From the human T2T-CHM13v2.0 reference genome, Homo sapiens, in NCBI RefSeq assembly GCF_009914755.1, contig NC_060947.1: DNA of 64,000 bases. One strand, given 5' to 3'. Every line of letters starts with the position of its first letter. The stretch's first letter is position 1. The notes under the pieces are model-generated. The model was not told the origin of the DNA. It was given only the letters and a program-made list of their open reading frames with translations, and ran no database searches. The position numbers were made by a program, and so were the translations under genes. Shown here one piece after another: positions 29,193 to 39,585 of this stretch.

Positions 29193-29207
29193 ATGACTCA
29201 GCAATTT
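29193..29207. promoter_or_regulatory. Extended ARE / CNC-sMAF (NRF2, BACH1) motif with AP-1 core
   Basis: ATGACTCAGCAATTT is the reverse complement of AAATTGCTGAGTCAT. TEAD-like CATTCCT at 29179-29185. Motif match only. Confidence 0.5.
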
Positions 29208-29583
29208 CTCTCAGACAAGGGACTTAATGTCAGGAAAAAACAAAGCATCCTGGACATAGCTCTGAGCTGACAATAATCTCTGCACACACAAAGACAGGCA
29301 AGTGAATATAATCTCTGGTCATTTCCTTTGTCTGGAGAAATTTAAAGATCCTAGTGTTCTGAAAAGTCAATCTCTGCAAGCCTTACAGGTAGAATAAGAC
29401 ATAAGAAATCGGTCAAGAAAATCTACATTTAAAAAAACAAAGAACCCAACAAAGGGTGTTAAGAACTGTTGATTGATGTTCAACAAATCACATTATCACC
29501 ATGGTAGATTTTCATTTCTAATTCATGTGTCTCTTTTTCTCCTAGACACATAGGGAAGGAAGGTGGAAAGGCTTATAAAATAA

Positions 29584-29721
<138 letters not shown>

Positions 29722-31087
29722 TAAAATAAAATTTGAAGGTCAACCAAAACATTTATTTATAAATTAAGGAAAACTTTTACCCACATTATACCAAATTAAG
29801 TAACTGCTTAGTTCCCATTTTATTAAATGTTTCATGATTTATGGTCAGTTATTTGTTTCGATATTATCACTCACAAATAATATGAGGATGTCAAAATTGT
29901 TATATAAATCAAAATTGACCGTTGCTAGTTTCTTCTGTCTTCTAAGGGGATGTTTTCTACCAGTGAGGAATAAGTTCCTGTGCTGCTTACTTCCACCCAC
30001 AGGAGCAAGTGAAGATGAGAGAGGAAAGACTGAAATTGAAAACCTCCGCCAGTTCTTCCATGGGACTCCTGGATGGGGCCCAGATTAGGTGACTGTCTGA
30101 TTGTCAGAGAACATGAGTGACTTTGTGGACCAAGATGAGGATGCTGGAAAAACAGAGGAGCAGGGAGATGTGAAGAGAGTCTGAGGACCAGCAGCATGGT
30201 GGGAGACTGGAATCTGCAGAGAAATGTGACCAGTGAGAAATCCTCAGGGGATGCTTTGATCTAAGAGGTTATTAGAATGAATGTCCAACATTCAGTTCTA
30301 ATCTGTTTGTATTTCTGCAAATTTAAGAGCCTTCCCCCGCCCACCAAACCCAAGCAAACTTCAGTGACGTTTGCTTTTCACATATGCTTGTGGCGGTCTG
30401 AGAAAAATCAGGACAAAGAGGTGAGTGTGAACCCAGGTTGGCATAAGCAAAGAGAAGAAAAGAGTCACAGGCCGTGAGATGTGAATGAACATAGGTATCA
30501 TGGAAGCCAGAACTATGAGCCACAAATGATCACAGGAATGAGAAACTCAGTAAATTCACAGAAATCTTGGGGAGAACAATGAAGCTTCCTTGCAAAAGAC
30601 GGGATCTGGGACTTGAACCACTTTGATGTCAATCTCCAAAGAAGAATAACTTTAGCTGATATATAGGCCACAATGATAAAATGTAAGAATATTCCATTAG
30701 GCATATTGCAAATACTCTTTACAATGTGCAGTCTAGGGCAGCATTTTAAAAACTTTGCACAGGTTTTTATATAACATAAAAGACTTCCCGGTATTTAAAT
30801 AGATATTTAATAAATAAAGCACAAATGTTTTTTCTTTATGGGTTTTGTTAAACATTTTACCACATGGAAGATACCACTTCATCAATAACCTTCCTAAATA
30901 GGTAGAATTCCCACCTAATTCACCTTTGATAACAGTGAATGAATCTCAGAGTGGCTGAAATACCATTATAAAATACATTTGCATCATCCAGAGATATAGA
31001 AGATTCTCTGAGAGAATGATCTGGAATTTGTGTAAGGAAACATCATAGAGAAGTTTTCAAATCCTTCAAAGTCTGGCCTGATCTTAC

Positions 31088-31225
31088 CTTTACATGGTGG
31101 ATCAGACGCTCAACCTCATTCACTTTGTAGGTCTCCAATCCTAGCTCCTTGGCTAATCTCAAGATACGATTCTGGGTTGGTCCAACATAGGATCCTCCAA
31201 GGTCCACATATTTAACCTTTTGGTT
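31088..31225 (-). CDS. MAOB: MAOB exon 3 (Asn48-Lys93: [46 protein letters not shown])
   Basis: Continues exon 2 in frame. Acceptor aaacag|AAC and donor AAG|gtaaga. Length 138 nt, phase 0-0. Confidence 0.98.
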
Positions 31226-32708
31226 CTGTTTTCCCATAGGAAAAAATTAAAAAAAATTTGTAAAAAATGTATAAAATAACAAAAGACAGTCCTGAAATAA
31301 GCAAATCGACATTTCACAAGTTATAGATACAGCTTAAGGGTATATCCACGAAAAACTAGATTTTGTTATCAACTCTACTTCATTCACATGACTTAGTTAT
31401 TAAATCAATCTTTAAAGCAAAATTGATTGAACTCTGAATAGGCAAGAGCTTCTAAACCTCATCATTTACAATATACCATAACATGGCTTGGTTTTTAGTG
31501 CTTTGAATTTGTGAGCTGTGAATTATTGACGAATCTCTTTACTCAGTACTTCAGGTGAATGTTGAGGAGCCTAATGCTAGAGAAAAAGCAAGAAAGAAAA
31601 CGATCACTTCTTATGTGATTTGTTAATCCAGACATTTGAAAATAGCACTAGGGAATATTTGGTCATAATTTGGACTTTGAAATTGCTTTTATGTTTAATA
31701 GTATATTTACGTAGTTTTGAATTGGTTTCATTTCCAATGACTGAGGGGCGAACTTTGAACAAAAAATTAGTAGAAAAGTTTCCTATTTCTGAGTATGTCT
31801 AAGAAAAACCAGGTTCCTACCAGTTAGAAACACTAGAAATGGTCCTTCTCTTCTGTTTTTGTTTATTTGCGTATTTTTTGTCTAGCTTTCCACTCACTTA
31901 CCCTTCAAAAATGCAATTTTCACAAGGCATCTTTGTTTTACTCACTAAAGTATTCCAAACTCCTATAGCAGTTGTCCAATAAATTTTCTCAAATAAATGA
32001 AAGAAGGATGTTTTTAAAAATTCAGCACCTAATTGTACTAAACCAGCTTCTTTACGTAAAAGGCACTCTTATATGCTGTATTTTTCAAGGAATATGAAGA
32101 TTTCAAGAACTGGGAGAGATAAGATGTACACAGGCAAAACCTTGTAAAGCAACATATAATAATTGTCCTTGTGTGGAACAGGTAAGTGGTATTAACACAG
32201 AAGAAAGGCAAGTAGCTTTTGATTGGAGTAGGAAGGGATGAGATCCTGGAAGTATGTGAAGATTTTGCCATACGACAAAGGTAAAAAGAGATATTTGAGG
32301 AACACATAATGGCAAAAACAATGGCCAGTAGACAACAAGGGTTAGATCAAGTTTGAAGGCTTGTGTGAAATCACAAATAACTAGGTCAGGCGGTGTATGT
32401 CACAGTCAATAACAGATAAGGCTTTCAGGCTTCTCTGAGTCTCTGGCTCTCAAGACTGGTAAGGTACCCTCTTATGCCTCCTATGGCACCACTCCAAGCT
32501 GTCACCCACCCTCACTGTAGCATTTTCCTTGATAAGCTATAATTAGGCAATTACAACAGTCATTGTCCCCCTGAGAGACTGTAAAGTCTGTGGAGCAAGG
32601 CCATTTTGGGGGGATTACTGTGCCTGATTCATAGTAGGTACTCAGTAGATATTTGCTGAGGACAAATTCAATTATAAAGGAGATGACTCAAAGTAAAGAA
32701 TGAGTACA

Positions 32709-33276
32709 GAGGGCTGGCAAGATGGTCGAATAGGAACAGCTCCAGTCTGCAGTTCCCAGTGAGATCAACACAGAAGGCAGGTGATTTCTGCGTTTCCAAC
32801 TGAGGTACCCAGTTCATCTCACTGGGACTGGTTAGACTGTGAGTGCAGCCCATAGAGGATGAGCCTAAGCAGGGTGGGGTGTCGCCTTACCTGGGAAGTG
32901 CAAGGGGTTAGGGAACTCCCTTCCCTAGCCAAGGGAAGCTGTGAGGGACTGTGCCATGAGGAACAGTGCATTCTGGCCCAGATACTTTGCTTTTCTCATG
33001 GTCTTCACAACCCGCAGACCAGGAGATTCCCTCGGTCCTATGCCACCAGGGCCCTGGGTTTCAAGCACAAAACTGGGCGGCCATTTGGGCAGACACCGAG
33101 CTAGCTGCAGGAGTTTTTTTTTTTTTTTTTTCATATCCAAGTGGTGCCTGGAACACCAGTGGGACAGAACCGTTCACTCCCCTGGAAAGGGGGCTGAAGC
33201 CAGGGAGCCAAGTGATCTAGCTCAGCAGATCCCACCCCTGCACATGTATCCCAGAACTTAAAGTATAATTTAAAAA
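32709..33276 (+). mobile_element. Internally deleted L1PA (L1PA7/8-like): 5'UTR start joined directly to the L1 3' terminus
   Basis: Begins ggcaagatggtcgaataggaacagctcc. Junction at 33238/33239 to tgcacatgtatcccagaacttaaagtataat plus A-run. 14-bp TSD aaagaatgagtaca at 32695-32708 and 33277-33290. Confidence 0.93.
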
Positions 33277-33639
33277 AAAGAATGAGTACAAAATGTCAGA
33301 TATATATCATTGATGAATCCTTCCAAAAGAAGAGCTGTGAGTCAGAATTTTATATGTCTTATCTCTCTGGAAATGAAAATACTCTGTAGCTTCTATATCT
33401 ATTATTCAGATCTTGAATGTATGGAAGTAGGGCATTTCCTTGCAGAGAAACTTGCTTTGCTTGACTCTGTGTTTAAATAGAAAATCATTAATTTTAGGCA
33501 ACAGTGTCAGAATTGAAACAATTAACCAGCAATTAAAATAAGGGTATTTATAAATTGGTAAATAATTCTTTTAAAAAAATAAAAGCTGAAGCAAAAACAA
33601 GAAGGAAAATTAGGCAGGTAAAAGTTTAGTTTATGTGAA

Positions 33640-35445
33640 TAAATAAAAACACATCCATGTTCATGGATTGGGAGAATTAATAATGTAAAATGTCCATACT
33701 ACCCAAAGTGATCCATAGATTCAGTGCAATCCCCATCAAAATGCCAATGTTATTTTTCACAGAAACAGAAAAAACAATCCTTAAATTCATATGGAACTAC
33801 AGAAGACTACAACTAGCCAAAACAATCTTGTACAAAAAGAACAAAGGTGAAGGCGTTATACTACCCAACTTCAAAATATATTATGAAGCAATTTTAATCA
33901 AAACAGTATGGTACTGACATAAAAACAGACTCACCAACCAATAGAACAGGATAGAAAGCTCAAAAATAAACCCACACATTTACAATCAATTGAGTTTTGA
34001 TGAAGATTCCAAGAACACACAATGGGGAAAGGACAGTCTATTCAATAAATGGTGCAGGAAAAACGGACTATCCACATGCAGAAGAATAAAAGTAGTCCCT
34101 TATCTTATACCATATGCAAACACCATATACAAATAATCAACTCTAAATAGATTAAAGACTTAAACACGAGACCTGAAACGGCAAAATTACTTGAAGAAAA
34201 CAAGGGGAAAGCTCCATGACACTAGTCAGGGAAATGATTTTTTGGATATGGCCCTGAAAGATCAGGAAAAAAAGCAAAAACAGACAAATGGAATTGCATC
34301 AAACTACAAAGCTCCTGCACAGCAAAAGAACAATTAATAAAATGATAGTTTTCTTTACATATTTGCAAGCCGTACATCTGATAAGAGGTTAATATCCAAA
34401 TTATATAAGAAACTCAAACAACTCAATAGCAAGAGACAAATAACCAGATTTTTAAAGAATGGGCAAAGGAACTGAACAGACACTTCTCAAAAGAAGACAT
34501 GCAAATGGCCAACAGGTTCATGGAAAAAGTTCAGCACCACTAATCATTAGGGAAATCCAAATTAAAACCAAAATGAGATATCACCTCACACCTGTTAAAA
34601 TGGCTTTTATCAAAAAGAGGAAAAATAATCAGTGTTGTCAAGGATGAAGAGAAAAGGGAACCCTTGTACACTATTGGTGGGAATGTAAATCAGTACAGCT
34701 ATTACAGAAAACAGTATGGAGGTTCCTCAGAAAACTAAAAATGGAAAACTAAAAATAGAACTACCGCATAATTCAGCAATCCCATTTTTGGGAATATATC
34801 CAAAAGAATTGAAGTCAATATGTCAAAGAGATATCTGCACACCCATGTTCATTGCAGCATTATCTACAGTAGCCATGATATGAAATCACCCTAAGTGTCC
34901 ATCAGTGGATAAATGGATGAGGAAGACTTGGTATATACACACAATGAAATACTATTCAGCCTTTAAAAATAAAGAAATGTCATTTGGGACAACATAGATG
35001 AATTTGGAGGACATTATGCTAAGTGAAATAAGCCAGGCACAGAAAGACTTATAAGTGGAATCTAAAACACGTTGAATTCATAGAAGTAGAGAGCAAAATG
35101 AATATTATCAGGGGCTGGGGGGTGAGAACTGAGGGAATGAGGAGTACAAAATTTTAGCTAGACAGGAAGGGTACAAAATTTTAGCTAGACAGGAAGAATA
35201 AGTTTTGAAATCCATTGCACAGTAACTGTAGTAATAATAATGTATTGTGCATTTCAAAATAACAGAGTAAATTTCAAATGTATCACCACAAAAAATGTCA
35301 AGAAAGTGAGGTGCTGAATATGTTAATTTAGCTTGATTTAATCACTCCACATTGTATACATATGGTGAAAACATCACATTATACTCCATAAATGTAATAC
35401 AATTATGATTTGTTAAAATAAAATTTAAAAAATAAATTTAAAAAT
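33640..35445 (+). mobile_element. 5'-truncated L1MA-type element (ORF2 3' part plus 3'UTR)
   Basis: ORF2-like peptides [17 protein letters not shown] and MRYHLTPVKMA. Probable TSD aaaagtttagttt at 33620 and 35464. Confidence 0.92.
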
Positions 35446-35575
35446 GGGAGAAAGTCTCTCCAAAAAAGTTTAGTTTGTATGATTAGAATGATTGTGTTGG
35501 TGTGAAGGAAGCATCGAAGTTAGGAGTGGAAAGTACATATAATTATGTTATTTTTCTTCCTATTTCTCTCTCTGT

Positions 35576-35577
<2 letters not shown>

Positions 35578-35627
<50 letters not shown>
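35578..35627. repeat. (CA)25, i.e. the MAOB intron 2 (GT)n microsatellite
   Basis: The only long GT repeat in intron 2; 260 bp from the exon 2 donor. Confidence 0.95.
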
Positions 35628-35630
<3 letters not shown>

Positions 35631-35887
35631 GCACACACATATCTGTCCATTTCCCTCTTACTCAATCCTAACTCTATGAGGCCAAATATCATGAGATGAA
35701 AAGACAAAAAGGAACAGAAGAATTGAAAGGAAGGCAAACTGGGAGAGAGGCTGTGAAGAATGTTTCAGAGTTATTTTCACCCTCTTAGAGTCAAATGAAA
35801 TTGAAGACTTTTGGGGAAAAAGACAAAAATGAAACCCCAAACTCAGCTTCAGTCCCACATTTGTCCTCCGGATTCTTAATGCCTTAC

Positions 35888-35982
35888 CCTAAGAGTGTAA
35901 GTCCTGCCTCCCACACGGTCCCGGGCTTCCAGAACAACCACATTCAGTCCAGAGTCATGCAGAAGTTTGGCTGCTGCCATAC
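35888..35982 (-). CDS. MAOB: MAOB exon 2 (end of Gly16 to Arg47: [32 protein letters not shown]), part of the FAD/ADP-binding Rossmann fold
   Basis: Translation matches human MAO-B as I recall it. Acceptor ttttctcccag|GT and donor AGG|gtaagg. Length 95 nt, phase 1 to phase 0. Confidence 0.98.
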
Positions 35983-36677
35983 CTGGGAGAAAAGACAGTA
36001 AGACATCAGGATCAAATACAAGGATGCCAGACAAGCTCCTCATGCTAACAGCCAATGAGAAAAGTCCATGCTGGCTCACGTGCACCGCCTATTGTTACAT
36101 TCAACTTACAAGTGGATACGGTTTGTCAATAGAGGCCCAGAGTCTGATGTTTCTGGAAACGACAAAAGGGATTTCATTTTTTAGTAAATTTCTCAAATCT
36201 TAAACACATCCTCTGCCACTATATCAAAATGTCTATTTTAATGACTAAATTGCATGTCTGATAACATAAATGAGAACACAAGGCCATGCTCAAGAGAAAT
36301 ATATGAGTTGCAGACACAGGACTAAGTCCAGTCACTGACTTCATTCTCAGGGTAAATATGAAAAACTGGTAAACTGAGGGACAGTGGGCCTTCAAAGTGT
36401 GTGCCAGGAACTGGGATTTACTATTAAAGTTGGACTTTTAGAAGTTGACGTAAAGTTTCAAAATCAAGGAGGTAAAATTCGACCCCTTATGCATCTGGAT
36501 TTCCTGATATGACCCATCACTGAAGAATGAAATAATTCCATTCATGACTAATTTAATTATTAATTTAGTCAAAAATACTTAGTGAATGCCTATTACATTC
36601 TCACCACCATGAATTTAGCTCTTAAAAAAACCCACAGCTTTACTGAGGTAAATGTACATGCAATAAACTTTACCCAT

Positions 36678-37229
36678 TGTGATGGTTAATTTTAGGTGTC
36701 AACTTGACTGGATGGTGGGATACCTAGATGGCAGGTGAAGCATTGTTTCTGGGTGTCCCTGTGAGGGTGTTTCCAGAAGAAACTGGCATGGGAGTTGGCA
36801 GACTGGGAGAGGAAAACCGGCTCTCAATGTAGTGGGCACCATCCAATCCAATCGGCTGGGGCCCTGCAGGGGCAAACAGGTGAAAGAAGAGGGGACTCTC
36901 TCTGTCTCTGCCCTCACTCTCTCTTCTGGAGCGGGATGCTTGTTCTCCTCCTGCCTTTGGACATCAGACTCCAGGTTTTGGACTCTGGGACTTGCACCAG
37001 TGACCTCCGGTGGGCTCTCGGGCTTTTGGCCTCGGACTGGGAGCTGCACCATTAGCTTCCCTGGTTCTGAGGCTTCCAGACTAAGCCAGCTTCTCTGATG
37101 CTCCAGCTCACAGTCAGCCTATCATGGGGCTCCTCTATCTGTGTGATGGTGGGAGCCAATTCCCCCAGTAAATGTATTCTTCTATGTATCCTACTGGTTC
37201 TGTCTTTCTGGAGAACCCTGACTGATACA
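36678..37229 (+). mobile_element. MLT2B-type ERVL solo LTR nested in an old L1M stub
   Basis: tgtgatggttaattttaggtgtcaacttgactgg ... ctggagaaccctgactgataca; 5-bp TSD cccat/tccat. Confidence 0.92.
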
Positions 37230-37619
37230 TCCATTAATGCAGAGTTCAATACATTTTGACAAAGGACAAAGCATAGTGTGGAGTACATGTATAAAGTTTG
37301 GGGTACTAATCCATCCTGGATGTAGTTTTTGACCTCAAAGCTCTTAAAATACTGTATTTTTTTTTAAAAGCACTCTTACAGAATTTAGCAAGCTTTCTCA
37401 GAGAACAGAAATCTGGTGCTCTTCCCATGATGAGTGGGCTGAATGTGCTCAGTTCCAATTACCTTCCTCATTTGCTTTATGAGACCAAATATTAAGGCCA
37501 TGCCAAGATGCTCTCATGCCTTACAACGTAAATAAAACCGCTTCTATCTTGTCTTTCAAAAATAATAGTTCTGTGACTTTTAGACACCACTACTGCAAAA
37601 TTAAAAAGATTCCTATAAA

Positions 37620-37830
37620 ATAGCTAATACTCTTATTATACTGGGTTCTAAGTGTTTTAATAAATTAATTCAATGAACTTCTACGACCCCATGAGATAAG
37701 TACTGTTGACATTCCCATTTTATGGCCGAGAAAATCGAAGCCCAAAGAGATGACCAAGGTCGCATAAGGAGTAGGTGACAAAGCCAGTTTAACTGCAGCA
37801 TCTGTATTCACAGCCATTATACAACACTGT
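37620..37830 (-). mobile_element. MIR
   Basis: ccccatgagataagtact...attcccattttatgg...ccaaggtcgca. Confidence 0.7.
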
Positions 37831-39279
37831 CTTCCCCGGACCCCCATGGCCATCCTCTTCATTGATTGCATCTTCCAATTTTTGCTACAAAGAGAAATTA
37901 CACTTCAAAAGATATTTCTCACTTTTTTGGATCAGCTTGTTTTTAAGACACACTTATATGTTGTGGTTTATAAGAATCCATATAACATAAAATATGAGCC
38001 CACATTAAAAACCATAATGAAAAGCCAAGGCTTTAGTCACCGTCTATCAGTGATCTTAAAGGAGGAATTCCCATTTTATAGAGAGGCTGATTTGACATTT
38101 CATTATTTGAGTTAATCCATCTTCCCATCCCTGTCACCGGGGGCAGAGCCAATGCTTCCAGTTGCTGATGGGATAACAGTTCCAAAGTCCATGAACCCCA
38201 TGCAGTGCACACAAGCATTGCACAACCCTGATTTAGGAATACAGGGCACAGGATTTATAACCCCAGTTTCCTAATTTTACCTCCATAAGGAAAAAGAACC
38301 ACTTCTATTTAAATTCAAAATTGCAAACAATTCAATGACATTTTTCTTACCAAGCATCAATTCAACAAATGAAATAACATGCAGCCATAGTAACAGCTAT
38401 TATCACTGAATTTAGATAAACCGCTTGAGCATGCTGAGGCTTAAACAAAAGAGTTCAGAAGGAAATACATCGTTACTTGTATACACTAGCATTTTATATT
38501 CCACAAAAGGTACCGTCTTTTAGTAAATGCATTTACCCAATAATATCTGATGTTAAATATAAACAGTTATTAAAACAAACAAAAGACTTATCAAATCATT
38601 GAACGGAGTTCTCTATGCTCATGTACCTTAAACAATTATAAACAGAAAATTACAAAAATATCTTTAAAAAGGGCAACACAAAAATATGTTGCTGGAAGTA
38701 ACTTACAATTTAGCTCACTAATGTTCATAGGGGGTAGTCAAGAGGCTTGTTGGAAATCAATTGACAGAAATTGATCTGAAAAAAAAATTGGTCCAAATAT
38801 CAGTGGCTTAGGGAAGTCACTGCAATTTAGAAGGAGGGAATTTTAGGGTACATAGGAAACTGAGTTGGAGTCTGGTCAAGAGGTGATTAAGATTGTCTAG
38901 AAGAGGTAGCTCAAAAACCTCCCTCAATGATGACTGATAAAAGGACTAATAGTTTGACTGCTCAAGGACTAAGCAAACAATGAACTCTACAGAGCATCCC
39001 TCACCTAAAGACAGTTATTTCCCAAGAGTTCTTTTCTATGTTGGTTGTTTGGAACTTTTAATACATTTTGCCATAGAAACAAAAATATGAGAGATGGTAT
39101 ATCCTCTGGGAAGTATGAAAATTTTTGAGTGCAATACTATTGCAAAAAAAAATCATACAGTAGCAGAAATACATTTGCCTTAAAACATTAGACAATGTAA
39201 TCGCCACTGTTTAAACACTTATGCAATAATCTCCTGATATAATGCAATTAACAATTTGTTTGTTAAAAATGAAAATACT

Positions 39280-39585
39280 GGCCAGGCACGGTGGCTTACG
39301 CCTGTAATCCCAGCACTTTGGGAAGCCGAGGCAGGCAGATCACCTGAGGTCAGGAGTTCAAGACCAGCCTGGCCAACATGGGGAAACCCCGTCTCTACTA
39401 AAAATACGAAAATTACCCGGGTGTGGTGGCGGGCACCTGTAATCCCAACTACTCGGTAGGCTGAGGCAGGGAGAATTACTTGAATCTGGGAGGCGGAGGT
39501 TGCAGTGAGCCAAGACCATGCCACTGCACTCCAGCCTGGGTGACAGAGTGAGACTCTGTCTTAAAAAAATAAAATAAAATAAAAT
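39280..39585 (+). mobile_element. AluS(x)-type SINE
   Basis: ggccaggcacggtggc...(taaaa)n tail. Confidence 0.96.

Larger units (their letters stand above)
31226..35887 (-). other. MAOB: MAOB intron 2 (4662 bp, GT-AG)
   Basis: Bounded by the exon 2 donor and the exon 3 acceptor. Confidence 0.95.

Noticed and set aside
31043-31237. ORF-track start Met (MGKQ) and the intronic extensions of both exon ORFs as real coding sequence
   Set aside because: They run through canonical splice sites, and MAO-B similarity stops exactly at the exon boundaries.
32925-33140. 71-aa antisense ORF in the L1 5'UTR as an intact ORF0
   Set aside because: The matching length looks coincidental. The N-terminus is poly-Lys from a T run, and the frame resembling ORF0 (EKQSIWAR) is a different one preceded by a stop.
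33230-33250. L1 internal deletion explained by splicing of L1 RNA
   Set aside because: From the recalled consensus, the removed segment would not begin with GT or end with AG; the in-window L1PA shows ttc before tgcacatg.
33690-34647. L1 ORF2-like peptides as an active retrotransposon
   Set aside because: They are fragmented by stops and frameshifts, and the element is 5'-truncated.
31088-35982. Assignment to MAOA
   Set aside because: Diagnostic residues ([32 protein letters not shown]) are MAO-B; MAO-A as I recall it has TEYGVSV and NEHVDYVDVGGAY.
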